Shown here one piece after another: positions 1 to 9,165 of a DNA stretch of 64,000 nucleotides. The notes under the pieces were generated by a model that made no database searches, was not told the DNA's origin, and worked only from the letters and a program-made list of their open reading frames with translations. The position numbers were made by a program, and so were the translations under genes. The stretch is from an uncultured Gammaproteobacteria bacterium (GTDB lineage Bacteria > Pseudomonadota > Gammaproteobacteria > UBA9214). The stretch lies in NCBI GenBank assembly GCA_942491995.1, contig CALOCX010000002.1, forward strand, positions 35,758-99,757, read 5' to 3'. The stretch's first letter is position 1; every line of letters begins with the position of its first letter.

Positions 1-662
1 CCTTCACTCATGGGCAACAGCGCCAGCGGCCCGGATGCCGTGAAACGTTCGTAGGCAATGTTATTGTGCGGCAGCTGCGGCGTGATGTTGGTAACAATCG
101 CGGTTTGCTGATAGTCGCTGACGACGCTGCCAATGCCAAACTGCCTGCGCAGCGGTGAATCGGCACCATCGGCAGCCACGATGAGACGCCCACTCAGGGT
201 CGTCATGAGTCCCTCATGGGACATATCAACCTCAACGGCTGCAGCTGAGCGTTTTACTTCAGTGACCGTGGCCGGACAGAAAATGTCCAGTCCCTCGATC
301 CTTTTGATGGCATCGGCCAGCACCTGGTCAATGGCGCGCGCCGGAACCACATAGCCAATCGCCGGAAGACCTTCATCGGCGCGATCCATGTGCACCATGC
401 CGAAATGGCCGCGGTCCGAAACATGGATCTGATGGATAGGCGTCGCCGCACTCGCCAGCGAGTCCCACAACTGCAACCCGCCAAAGATGCGCCGCGTACC
501 GTAGGCCAGTGCGATGGCGCGATCGTCATAACCGGCCCCGGTGCGCGTCTCCGGTTCAATGGCCTCGATCAGCGCCAGGCGCAGTCCCTGTCCTGACAAG
601 GCACAGGCGAGACTGGCACCGACCATGCCACCGCCGATAATTATGACGTCATACTGTGTCAT
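1..662 (-). CDS. ubiH: FAD-dependent ubiquinone-biosynthesis monooxygenase, UbiH/UbiI family. Partial: the C-terminus runs off the window start.
   Basis: Minus-strand translation from the ATG at 662 reads MTQYDVIIIGGGMVGASLACAL..., the GxGxxG FAD-binding motif. Its start overlaps the pepP stop by 14 nt, matching the pepP-ubiH operon synteny. It is absent from the ORF track only because it is truncated at the window edge. Confidence 0.75.
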   Translation of the reverse strand, partial: MTQYDVIIIGGGMVGASLACALSGQGLRLALIEAIEPETRTGAGYDDRAIALAYGTRRIFGGLQLWDSLASAATPIHQIHVSDRGHFGMVHMDRADEGLPAIGYVVPARAIDQVLADAIKRIEGLDIFCPATVTEVKRSAAAVEVDMSHEGLMTTLSGRLIVAADGADSPLRRQFGIGSVVSDYQQTAIVTNITPQLPHNNIAYERFTASGPLALLPMSE

Positions 663-2022
663 GGGTCATCAACGCCTCTATGCCGGCAACGGTCCTGGGC
701 ACGGCGTCACTCAATACATCCGGCTCGCCGCGGGTGACCAGCACATCATCCTCGATGCGGATACCGATATTCCACCATTTCCTTGCAACCCCGCGACTGC
801 CGGCAGGAATGTACACGCCTGGCTCAACCGTCAGCACCATGCCCGGCTCCAGCTCACGCCACGCATTCCCGACTTTATAATCACCGACGTCATGCACGTC
901 CATACCCAGCCAGTGACCGGTGCGGTGCATGTAAAATCGCCGGTAGGCATCTTTCCGTATCAGCTCCGCCGGCTTGCCCTTCAGGATACCCAGCTTCACC
1001 AGCCCGCGGGTCAACACCCTGACCGCGGCCTGGTGCGGATCATTCCAGTGGTTGCCGGGAAGGACCTTTTTGATGGCAGCGGTCTGCGCGGCCAGCACCA
1101 CTTCGTACAACTGCTTCTGTGCCTGGCTGAAGCAGCCATTGACCGGGAAGGTACGGGTCACATCAGAGGCATAACAATCGTACTCGGCCCCTGCATCGAT
1201 CAACAGCAGATCACCGTCATTCAGCTGCGCGCTGTTCTCCGTGTAATGCAGGATACAGCCGTTGGCACCGCCACCGACAATGCTTGAATAGGCCGGCACC
1301 ATGCCGGCACGCCGGAATTCGTGCAGCAGCTCGGCCTCTATTTCATACTCCTGCATACCCGGCCGGCAGGCCTGCATGGCACGCGCGTGGGCACGACAGG
1401 CAACCTTGGCAGCCGAGCGCATCACCCGAATCTCCGAGCGACTCTTGTAGAGTCGCATATCATGTAGCAAGTGCTCCAGGGAAACGAACTTGTCAGGTGT
1501 GCGCATGCCGGTGCGTGCGCCCTCACGGAGACGATTAATCCAGTCCATCACGCGCTGGTCGAATTGCGGACGCGAGCCCATGGTGTAGTAAACACGATCA
1601 CAGCTTTCCATCAGCCCGGGAAGAATCTCATCGATATCACCGACAGGAAAGGCGTCGTCGGCATCGAAGGTATCGATTGCCCCCTGGGTACCGGCGCGCT
1701 TGCCTGTCCAGGTCTCCATCTCGGGATCACGTTCGCGGCAAAACAGCAAATACTCACCGTGCGGGCGCTTCGGTATCAGCACCGCGACGGCATCCGGTTC
1801 ACGAAAGCCGGTCAGGTAGTAAAAATCACTGTCCGCCCGGAACGGGAACTCCACGTCCCTGTTGCGCAGTTGCTCCGTGGCCGTTGGAATAATGGCGATC
1901 GAGTTCCTGCCCATCATGCGCATCAGCTGATTGCGGCGGCGGCTGAACTCTTTGCGTGTAATCATGGCGATTCCGGGTCTATTGCAAGCGTGCGCTGGGT
2001 GGCAGTGGCTGTAGCTCTTCAT
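649..2022 (-). CDS. pepP: Xaa-Pro aminopeptidase (aminopeptidase P)
   Basis: 457 aa with the HRTGHWLGMDVHDVGDY metal-binding signature of M24B peptidases, in ygfB-pepP-ubiH synteny. Confidence 0.9.
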   Translation of the reverse strand: MKSYSHCHPAHACNRPGIAMITRKEFSRRRNQLMRMMGRNSIAIIPTATEQLRNRDVEFPFRADSDFYYLTGFREPDAVAVLIPKRPHGEYLLFCRERDPEMETWTGKRAGTQGAIDTFDADDAFPVGDIDEILPGLMESCDRVYYTMGSRPQFDQRVMDWINRLREGARTGMRTPDKFVSLEHLLHDMRLYKSRSEIRVMRSAAKVACRAHARAMQACRPGMQEYEIEAELLHEFRRAGMVPAYSSIVGGGANGCILHYTENSAQLNDGDLLLIDAGAEYDCYASDVTRTFPVNGCFSQAQKQLYEVVLAAQTAAIKKVLPGNHWNDPHQAAVRVLTRGLVKLGILKGKPAELIRKDAYRRFYMHRTGHWLGMDVHDVGDYKVGNAWRELEPGMVLTVEPGVYIPAGSRGVARKWWNIGIRIEDDVLVTRGEPDVLSDAVPRTVAGIEALMTHDTV

Positions 2023-2545
2023 GTAACAGCAACACGCTCATGCGCACATATTCAACAATTTCCATGTAAGCTGCTTCATCCGCATCGTCAGTTGCCTCAT
2101 AGGCAAACCGTGCATGCGAGATCTCGTAAAAGTCCTTCATGACTTCATTGACATTATCCGGCATCTCGGTGTCCTCGCGAAACCCGCCCAGCGCAAGCCC
2201 GTACAAAAATCCGCCACACCACTGGCTCAATGCCTCGGTACGCAGGGACAGGGGGGCGTCATCACCTGGCAGCAACAGGTCGAAGCCGAAGGCGTCATCG
2301 TTGAACTGGCGCAGGATATCGGTGTGCAAGGTGTCCAGCTGCCTGCGAACCTCAGCCGCCGCCGCACTCAGGGTATTCTCGCCAAGCATGTGCGTCAGCC
2401 ACTGTTCCGGCGCCGACTTGCCACTCGCACAGATGATCCCGGCCAGCAGACCATGCGCCTCACTGGCACTCCCTTCCGCAGCCGCGGCAGACAGCGTTTG
2501 TTCGAGTTCAGCATGACTGAGGGGCGATGTATGCGGCAAAATAAA
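1979..2545 (-). CDS. ygfB: UPF0149/YgfB family protein
   Basis: The C-terminus and the HGLLAGIICAS motif match E. coli YgfB. The ORF-track start at 2623 is probably too far upstream; a TTG near 2545 gives the canonical ~185 aa length. Confidence 0.65.
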   Translation of the reverse strand, partial: FILPHTSPLSHAELEQTLSAAAAEGSASEAHGLLAGIICASGKSAPEQWLTHMLGENTLSAAAAEVRRQLDTLHTDILRQFNDDAFGFDLLLPGDDAPLSLRTEALSQWCGGFLYGLALGGFREDTEMPDNVNEVMKDFYEISHARFAYEATDDADEAAYMEIVEYVRMSVLLLHEELQPLPPSARLQ

Positions 2546-2694
2546 ACCTCGTTGAGACTGGTGGTAATCGCTGTATCGCTGCGCCCTGCAGCTGGGCTTA
2601 TGTAGATTACCACACACTGACATCGAACCCCGTTACGCCGCTTCATGTCACTCATGGCATTGACCGTGCAGGACAACCGCACTATATTGACTGC

Positions 2695-2928
2695 ATGACA
2701 AACGAAACGACACCTTCAACGATTGATCTGGAACTCACCCGTCTCGAAGAACAGGTGACCGGTCTGCTGGAAACTGTTGAACGCCTGAGCAAGGAAAACA
2801 GGTCGCTGCGTGCCCAGCAGGATACGATAGCCAATGAACGCGCCAACCTGCTGGAAAAACACGACCAGGTACGCAACCGCGTCGATGCGATCGTGACACG
2901 TCTTAAATCGATGGAGACCGGCGCATGA
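2695..2928 (+). CDS. small coiled-coil protein upstream of zapA (ZapB-like, TIGR02449-type)
   Basis: 77 aa, entirely heptad coiled coil (LELTRLEEQVTGLLETVERLSKENRSLRAQ). Its stop overlaps the zapA start (ATGA), as in Pseudomonas. Confidence 0.5.
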   Translation: MTNETTPSTIDLELTRLEEQVTGLLETVERLSKENRSLRAQQDTIANERANLLEKHDQVRNRVDAIVTRLKSMETGA

Positions 2929-3242
2929 GCAAGGAATCCAACGCCGTCAAGATCCAGATAATGGACAAGGAATACATGGTAACCTGCTCGGATGAAGAGC
3001 GCCCGGAACTGATTGCCTCTGCGGAACATCTCAGCGCCAAGATGTCGGAGATACGTAACAGTGGCAAGGTTGTCGGTGTCGACCGCATTGCCGTCATGGC
3101 AGGTTTAAACATGGCGCATGAGGCCATCAAGTCAGGCTGCGTAGACACTGAACACACGCGATCAACGGCAAGCCGGATCGAGAGCCTGAATTTAAAAATC
3201 GAAGAAACACTGGCGAAATACCGGGAAAGCGAACTTAACTGA
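2925..3242 (+). CDS. zapA: cell division protein ZapA
   Basis: 105 aa. VKIQIMDKEYMVTCSDEERPELIASAEHL...IAVMAGLNMAHE matches the ZapA pattern. Sits in the conserved zapA-ssrS-ygfA arrangement. Confidence 0.8.
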   Translation: MSKESNAVKIQIMDKEYMVTCSDEERPELIASAEHLSAKMSEIRNSGKVVGVDRIAVMAGLNMAHEAIKSGCVDTEHTRSTASRIESLNLKIEETLAKYRESELN

Positions 3243-3267
3243 CGCCACAGACGTCATCACTGATTAA

Positions 3268-3460
3268 ATTTGGGCATCCCCTGTTGTATTCGATAGCGGC
3301 TGAGATCTCCTTGAGCCTAATCACCAATACCGGGGACTAATCTGTTAGCAGTGTGCATGTCTGCCATGAGCGGAAAGCCTTAGTTAGCAGTGCCGTCCCC
3401 CTCTTGAACCTTCGGTTCAGGGGCAACAGTTGCAACGGTACGTACGGAGGATGCCCTCCT
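3268..3460 (+). ncRNA. ssrS: 6S RNA (SsrS)
   Basis: Lies between zapA and ygfA. The 3' region cttgaaccttcggttcaggggcaacag matches E. coli CUUGAACCAAGGGUUCAAGGGUUACAG. The closing stem is gggcatcc...ggatgccc, and the internal ctgagcc and aagccttag elements match 6S RNA. Confidence 0.75.
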
Positions 3461-3505
3461 TATTATTCCATCTGCAGAACTTCCAACCGTCAGCAGGGAC
3501 CGCTC

Positions 3506-4090
3506 ATGTCATCTCCTCGACTGCGCCAGAGCATCCGCCAGCAACGGCGGTCTCTCACCCGGGCCGAGGCAGATGACTGTGCCGAACAATTGGCGCACCG
3601 AACTGCAAGACATGCCCTGGTACTGCAAAGCCAGCGAATAGCTACCTACCTGGCAGCGGACGGTGAGATCGATCCCTACCCGCTGATGCAGTCACTCTGG
3701 GATTCGGGAAAGACCCTTTACCTCCCTGTGCTGGCACCGTTCTCGAACGGTAAACTGTGGTTTGCGGAATTCAACCCGAGGGATATCCTGGTGTTCAACC
3801 GCTTCGGTATACCGGAACCCGTGCGCCGCCGCCTGATCAAACCCAGCGCACTCGACCTGGTATTAACCCCGCTGGTTGCCTTCGACAGCAACGGCCACCG
3901 TATCGGTATGGGCGGTGGCTACTATGACCGCAGCTTTGCTTTCCTGCGCAGACGCCAGTACTGGCGCAAGCCACGCCTGCTCGGGCTTGCGTATGAGTTA
4001 CAGAAACAAACCTCCATTGAACCGAATGACTGGGACATCCCGCTGGATGCCGTTGCAACCGAGGCGCGCATATACCAGACACAGCGCTGA
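3506..4090 (+). CDS. ygfA: 5-formyltetrahydrofolate cyclo-ligase
   Basis: Downstream of ssrS as in E. coli and Pseudomonas. The conserved GMGGGYYDR motif is present. The true start is MSSPRLRQ at 3506, not the track start at 3353. Confidence 0.8.
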   Translation: MSSPRLRQSIRQQRRSLTRAEADDCAEQLAHRTARHALVLQSQRIATYLAADGEIDPYPLMQSLWDSGKTLYLPVLAPFSNGKLWFAEFNPRDILVFNRFGIPEPVRRRLIKPSALDLVLTPLVAFDSNGHRIGMGGGYYDRSFAFLRRRQYWRKPRLLGLAYELQKQTSIEPNDWDIPLDAVATEARIYQTQR

Positions 4091-4142
4091 CAAGGTGTTT
4101 GTGTCTGTATCTTTTTAACAACAACTGCAAGGTGTATTTCGA

Positions 4143-4601
4143 ATGAATTACTGGCTGATGAAATCAGAACCGGATGTTTTTGGTATTGAAGACCTGATAA
4201 AGCGTCCCGATAAAACCGAGCCGTGGGATGGCGTACGTAACTACCAGGCAAGAAACATGATGCGTGATGACATGAAAAAAGGCGACCTGGCTTTCTTGTA
4301 CCATTCGAATTGCAAGGAACCGGGCATTGCAGGAATCATGAAAATTGTGCGTGAAGGTTATCCGGATCACACGGCATTCGATGCAAAAGAAAAATACTTT
4401 GATCCAAAAAGTGATCCGGACAATCCACGCTGGTACATGGTTGATGTGCGTCATGTGCGCACACTGAAACGCATCATCACGCTGACTGAATTAAAAACAC
4501 ACGATGAATTATCCGAGCTGCCACTGGTAAGACGTGGTAACCGATTGTCCGTGATGCCGATCAGCAAGACACACTGGGATTTCATTCTCTCACTCGAATA
4601 A
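4143..4601 (+). CDS. EVE (PUA-like) domain protein
   Basis: 152 aa. MNYWLMKSEPDVFGIEDL...WDGVRNYQARNMMRDDMKKGDLAFLYHSN is typical of the EVE/DUF55 family. Confidence 0.8.
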   Translation: MNYWLMKSEPDVFGIEDLIKRPDKTEPWDGVRNYQARNMMRDDMKKGDLAFLYHSNCKEPGIAGIMKIVREGYPDHTAFDAKEKYFDPKSDPDNPRWYMVDVRHVRTLKRIITLTELKTHDELSELPLVRRGNRLSVMPISKTHWDFILSLE

Positions 4602-5120
4602 CCATGTGCCAGCAAACGTGTTCCGGCAGACATCACGATTGCAATCGACCCTCAAGACTGTCGACTTACTTCACACTCTTGCTACAGGCCACTCTTACAA
4701 ACAAAACATAAGTTCATGTTTGTACTAATAAATGATTTGCGACTGCAATAGCAGGGGTTTGCGCTTTGCTAACGCCATACACGTTCAACATGTCAACTAT
4801 GCCGAACCGCAAGAGCGGTCAGGTAATCTCACATTGTTTGCACTGACGTTGCGACGAAACATTTCATGACGTGCATCGATTTTGTTTTAACGTTACTCAC
4901 ATCGAATGCATTACACATTACCTTCATCATTTGAAACATCATCAGTCGCCTCTCACACAATTGCGTGCAAGTTGTGTCGCACGTTTTTATTTAATTAAAA
5001 GTACGTGTAGCCGCTAACACAGTCGTTCAACCACGTAAACAATTCCACTAAAAAATACTGGTAATTTGTTACTGGTTGTTTATACTCACGTTGGGCTAAC
5101 ACTATGTGGAGGTTGTAAGT

Positions 5121-5507
5121 ATGGCTGCAAAAAAGAAAGTGAAGAGAAAGGTTGCTACCAAGAAGAAGGTAGCTACAAGAAAAGTTGCTGCTAAGAAGAG
5201 AGTAGTAAAGCGTAAGGTAGCTGCCAAGAAGAAGGCAGTGAAACGCAAAGTAGCTACAAAGAAGGTTGCTGCCAAGAAGAAGGCAGTGAAACGCAAAGTA
5301 GCTACAAAGAAGAAAGCAGTAAAACGCAAGGTAGCCACTAAGAAGGTTGCTGCCAAGAAGAAGGCAGTGAAGCGTAAAGTAGCTACAAAGAAGAAAGCAG
5401 TAAAGCGTAAGGTAGCCACAAAGAAGGTTGCTGCCAAGAAGAAGGCAGTGAAGCGTAAAGTAGCTACAAAGAAGAAAGCAGTAAAGCGTAAAGTAGCGCG
5501 ACGGTAG
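5121..5507 (+). CDS. histone H1-like, lysine-rich nucleoid protein (AlgP/Hc1-like [12 protein letters not shown] repeats)
   Basis: GGAGG lies 9 nt upstream of the ATG at 5121. The protein is almost entirely K/A/V/R/T repeats, and the DNA is built of 81-bp tandem units. Confidence 0.7.
   Translation: MAAKKKVKRKVATKKKVATRKVAAKKRVVKRKVAAKKKAVKRKVATKKVAAKKKAVKRKVATKKKAVKRKVATKKVAAKKKAVKRKVATKKKAVKRKVATKKVAAKKKAVKRKVATKKKAVKRKVARR
5180..5500 (+). repeat. about 4 tandem copies of an 81-bp (27-codon) unit inside the H1-like gene
   Basis: gttgctgccaagaagaaggcagtgaa[a/g]cg[c/t]aaagtagctacaaagaagaaagcagtaaa[a/g]cg[c/t]aaggtagcc recurs at 5224, 5305 and 5386 with only synonymous changes. Confidence 0.8.
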
Positions 5508-5562
5508 AAGAGCCGCCAGCTACTGAATTATCCGGGTTGCATTAGCCTACCCGTGATAAGAA

Positions 5563-5592
5563 AAGCCCGGGCTGATTTGCCCGGGCTTTTTT
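5563..5592. terminator. bidirectional rho-independent terminator between the H1-like gene and ilvA
   Basis: agcccgggc-tgatttg-cccgggct, flanked by an A-run and a T-run. Confidence 0.75.
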
Positions 5593-5621
5593 ATGGGTGA
5601 ATAACAATGATGCCTGTTGAG

Positions 5622-7142
5622 CTAACCGTTACCCAGAAACAGGTTATAGGCCAGACAATCGGTTTCTTCCCAGTAAAGGTACCCCAGTTTATCCAGCGAT
5701 TTCCTGAATTCGCCGTGACTGCTTGCCGGTACCTGTATGCCGACCAGTACACGCCCGTAGTCGGCACCGTGATTGCGATAGTGGAACAGGCTGATATTCC
5801 AGCGCTTGCCCATCGCAACCAGGAAGTTCAATAACGCACCCGGTCGCTCGGGAAACTGGAAGCGATACAACAGTTCATCCCTGAGACCCGGAACCCTGCC
5901 ACCGACCATGTGACGGATATGCAGCTTGGCCAGCTCGCTATCAGTGAGGTCTGCGACGGGATAACCCTCGTCACGCAGCATCTTTACCAGCTCATGCCGC
6001 TCGCTATCTCCATGCTGGAGCTGCACACCTGCAAACACATGCGCCCGTTGCGGGTCCGCATAGCGATAATTGAATTCGGTGATGCCGCGCTTTCCAATCG
6101 AGCGACAAAAGCGTCTGAAACTCCCCGGCTCTTCCGGAATTGTCACGGCCAGCAAGGCCTCACGGCGCTCACCAATCTGCGCCCGTTCTGCCACATGCCG
6201 CAGACGGTCAAAATTCATGTTGGCACCACTGTTGATTGCGACCAGGCTCGCGTCCTGAATACCGGTATCATCGACATAACGTTTCAGCCCGGCCATGGCC
6301 AGCGCACCGGCCGGCTCAAGAATGGCCCGACATTCATCGTAGATATCCTTTATCGCGGCACACATCCCGTCGGTATTCACCAGGATGACATCATCAACAT
6401 ACTCACGGGCGATCCGGTAGGGTTCCTTACCGGCCTGGCGCACGGCAACGCCATCTGCAAAAATACCGACCTGCTTCAGCTTCACACGACGACCACGCTT
6501 CAATGCCTCGTACATGCAGGGTGCTTCATCCGGCTCTACGCCGATCACCTTGACGTCAGGCCGCAATGATTTCACAGCTGCGGCGACACCTGCAATCAGA
6601 CCACCGCCACCCACTGGCACAAAAATGGCGTGCAGGTCGTCCTCGTGCTGATTCAGTATTTCGAGCCCAACCGTTCCCTGGCCGGCGATGACATCCGCAT
6701 CGTCATAGGGATGAATAAAGATCATGCCTCGCTTTTCGGCCTCGGCCGCCGCATAGGCATAGGCTTCATCATAGGTATCACCGGCCAGTTTTATACGCAC
6801 CCCATAATCCCTGACCGACTCAACCTTGATGGACGGTGTGGTCACCGGCATGACAATCAGAGCCTTTATGCCAAGCTTCTGTGCCGCCAGTGCCACGCCC
6901 TGCGCGTGGTTGCCGGCAGATGCCGCAATCACGCCACGCGCACGTTCATCCTGCGAGAGGCCCGATATCTTGTTGTAGGCACCCCGACATTTGAACGAAT
7001 GCACCGGCTGCAGGTCCTCGCGTTTCATCCATACCCGGTTTCCGAGACGCAACGACAGGCGCCTGGCCGCCTCCAGTGGCGTGTTCTGTGCCACGTCATA
7101 GACACGCGAGTCCAGTATCTTCTTCATATAGCGTTTCAACAT
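5622..7142 (-). CDS. ilvA: threonine dehydratase, biosynthetic
   Basis: 506 aa with the PLP-binding HSFKCRGAYNK motif, a catalytic domain and two ACT-like regulatory domains. Confidence 0.9.
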   Translation of the reverse strand: MLKRYMKKILDSRVYDVAQNTPLEAARRLSLRLGNRVWMKREDLQPVHSFKCRGAYNKISGLSQDERARGVIAASAGNHAQGVALAAQKLGIKALIVMPVTTPSIKVESVRDYGVRIKLAGDTYDEAYAYAAAEAEKRGMIFIHPYDDADVIAGQGTVGLEILNQHEDDLHAIFVPVGGGGLIAGVAAAVKSLRPDVKVIGVEPDEAPCMYEALKRGRRVKLKQVGIFADGVAVRQAGKEPYRIAREYVDDVILVNTDGMCAAIKDIYDECRAILEPAGALAMAGLKRYVDDTGIQDASLVAINSGANMNFDRLRHVAERAQIGERREALLAVTIPEEPGSFRRFCRSIGKRGITEFNYRYADPQRAHVFAGVQLQHGDSERHELVKMLRDEGYPVADLTDSELAKLHIRHMVGGRVPGLRDELLYRFQFPERPGALLNFLVAMGKRWNISLFHYRNHGADYGRVLVGIQVPASSHGEFRKSLDKLGYLYWEETDCLAYNLFLGNG

Positions 7143-7256
7143 GTCGGGTACAGTACCAGTTCATTAATTCCGTGACGAGAGGCAAGTAGCCGCTCTCTGG
7201 TCGTGGAGTGCGGCTAGCTGCTATCATCGGCACATATCATAATCAGGGAGCAGCGC

Positions 7257-7913
7257 ATGACACAGGATGAAATGAAGAAAATGGTCGCCGAAGCGGCACT
7301 GGAATATGTTGAAGCCGGCACGATTATCGGCATCGGCACCGGCTCGACGGCAAACCACTTTATAGACAGCCTGGCCACCATCAAGCACAAGATCGATGGC
7401 ACGGTAGCCAGTTCCAATGCCAGCGCGGAACGCCTTGCGTCCCACGGCATCCCGGTACTCGATCTGAATTCTGTCAGTGAATTATCCGTCTATATTGATG
7501 GCGCCGATGAAGCCAACAAGTACCTGCACCTTATCAAGGGTGGTGGTGGTGCACTGACGCGGGAAAAAATCGTCGCCGCCTGCAGCCGCAAGTTCGTGTG
7601 CATTGCCGATGACAGCAAGCTGGTCGATGTGCTGGGCAATTTCCCGCTGCCCATTGAAGTCATCCCGATGGCACGCAGCATGGTTGCCAGGGAACTGGTC
7701 AAGCTTGGCGGCCAACCTGTCTACCGTGAAGGATTTACCACGGATAATGGCAACGTTATTCTCGATGTGCATAACCTTGAAATCATGGAGCCTGTCAAAC
7801 TGGAGCAGGAACTCAATGACATTCCCGGTATCGTGACCGTCGGCCTGTTTGCAAAACGGCCCGCGGATGTTCTGCTACTGGGGGGCAAAGATGGCGTACG
7901 GACACTGACGTAG
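7257..7913 (+). CDS. rpiA: ribose-5-phosphate isomerase A
   Basis: 218 aa with the [13 protein letters not shown]...[11 protein letters not shown] motifs. Confidence 0.9.
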   Translation: MTQDEMKKMVAEAALEYVEAGTIIGIGTGSTANHFIDSLATIKHKIDGTVASSNASAERLASHGIPVLDLNSVSELSVYIDGADEANKYLHLIKGGGGALTREKIVAACSRKFVCIADDSKLVDVLGNFPLPIEVIPMARSMVARELVKLGGQPVYREGFTTDNGNVILDVHNLEIMEPVKLEQELNDIPGIVTVGLFAKRPADVLLLGGKDGVRTLT

Positions 7914-7958
7914 CCACATCTGTCCACGGACGCGCCGCCCCTATGGCGCTTCTGGTTC

Positions 7959-8039
7959 GTGTAGGAGCGCCGTCCCCGGCGCGATTCGGAAACACCCGTC
8001 AACATGCAATCAATCGCGCCGGGGACGGCGCTCCTACAC
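7959..8039. repeat. 28-bp perfect inverted repeat (gtgtaggagcgccgtccccggcgcgatt) with a 25-nt spacer, between convergent rpiA and the WD40 gene
   Basis: The arms at 7959-7986 and 8012-8039 are exact reverse complements. GC-rich. Much longer than a typical terminator stem. Confidence 0.8.
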
Positions 8040-8052
8040 CGGTAGATACACT

Positions 8053-9066
8053 TCATTGAATCACTTCGCCGTCACTATCAAGCAACCAGAAACGCACACT
8101 GGCATCGTCACTGGTTGTCGCCAGGTAGCGACCATCTTGAGAAACGGCGATATCGCCGCCACACAGCTCATGCCGCTGGAAGCGGCGTCGCACCTCGCCG
8201 CTCTCTGCGTTCAGAAAATACACGGAACTGTCTGTCTGGCGACTGATGGTTGCCAGCTCGTTTCCGTCATTGATGTATTCTATGGACTTGATGATGCCGC
8301 GATGCTCGGTGGCGATCGTCGTTAACCTACCGTCGTCAAGATCCCATTGATAGAGACGGAACCAGCTACCGCCGGACAACGTTTTCCCATCGGGGGAGAA
8401 TGCCAGCGTCCAGGCATCGGCGGGTGGTGTAGCAAGCTGCCGGGGCATCGCGTCTTCAGACCACAGCACCACGGTGCCGTCTGTACTGCTGGACGCATAG
8501 CGTGCGACACCGGGATCAATGGCAACGGCCTTGACCGCACCCTGGTGCAACTGCTGCTCCTTCAACAAGGTAAAGTCCGCCGCCTTCCACAGGCGCACCG
8601 TGCCGTCATCGTGACCGGTCAGCAGTCGATCGGTTTTAATATCCGCAACCATGTGCGTAACCGCGGACGGTGTCCTGACCTGCTCCAGTAATTGTCCGTC
8701 AATTGCACGCCTGGTTAACAAACCGTCATAACCGGCTGTGACGATCTCGCGATCCGATTTCAGGAAGGCAATACCGTTAACAGAGTCACTGTGTGCAAGC
8801 CAGTGACGAACCTCTCGACCCTGCGGCAGTTGCCACAAACGCACCGTGCCTTCCCAGCCTCCCGATGCCAGCAGGTCACCGGACTCACTGAACGCGACCA
8901 CGCTGCCACCACTATGGGCCTTTTCCTTCACCACGGCCGGTGATTCTTCAGGATGGAAACTGGCGCATGCCGAAAGCAGCAGCACCTGAAAAACCAGAGC
9001 AAGTAGAAGTGACACAGGCGCGCCTTCCTTGCAAGCATTGAAAACAGAATTGCTATAATCTTTCAT
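8053..9066 (-). CDS. WD40-repeat beta-propeller lipoprotein
   Basis: Signal peptide with lipobox LLLSAC, and repeated GTVRLW / DGTVRLW / DGTVVLW WD motifs. Confidence 0.7.
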   Translation of the reverse strand: MKDYSNSVFNACKEGAPVSLLLALVFQVLLLSACASFHPEESPAVVKEKAHSGGSVVAFSESGDLLASGGWEGTVRLWQLPQGREVRHWLAHSDSVNGIAFLKSDREIVTAGYDGLLTRRAIDGQLLEQVRTPSAVTHMVADIKTDRLLTGHDDGTVRLWKAADFTLLKEQQLHQGAVKAVAIDPGVARYASSSTDGTVVLWSEDAMPRQLATPPADAWTLAFSPDGKTLSGGSWFRLYQWDLDDGRLTTIATEHRGIIKSIEYINDGNELATISRQTDSSVYFLNAESGEVRRRFQRHELCGGDIAVSQDGRYLATTSDDASVRFWLLDSDGEVIQ

Positions 9067-9115
9067 CGGTCATGCAGCCAGGTGAAGGAACAAACAGAAC
9101 CGGCGGCGGCCCCAT

Positions 9116-9145
9116 ATGAAAACGGGGCCCTCGGGCCCCGTTGAT
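9116..9145 (-). terminator. rho-independent terminator after porin gene 1
   Basis: On the minus strand: acggggccc-ga-gggccccgt followed by TTTTCAT. Confidence 0.6.
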
Positions 9146-9165
9146 TAAAAATATAATAATGGTTG

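Noticed and set aside
541-1287. 248-aa plus-strand ORF
   Set aside because: It lies entirely antisense to well-supported pepP and ubiH, and has no motifs. It is a GC-rich reading-frame artefact.
5102-5437. 111-aa minus-strand ORF rich in Phe, Ala and Thr
   Set aside because: It is the antisense translation of the Lys-codon (AAG/AAA) repeats of the H1-like gene.
5180-5500. possible CRISPR-like array, considered because of the regular direct repeats
   Set aside because: The repeats are contiguous 81-bp coding units with no spacers, and they translate into a continuous Lys-rich protein.
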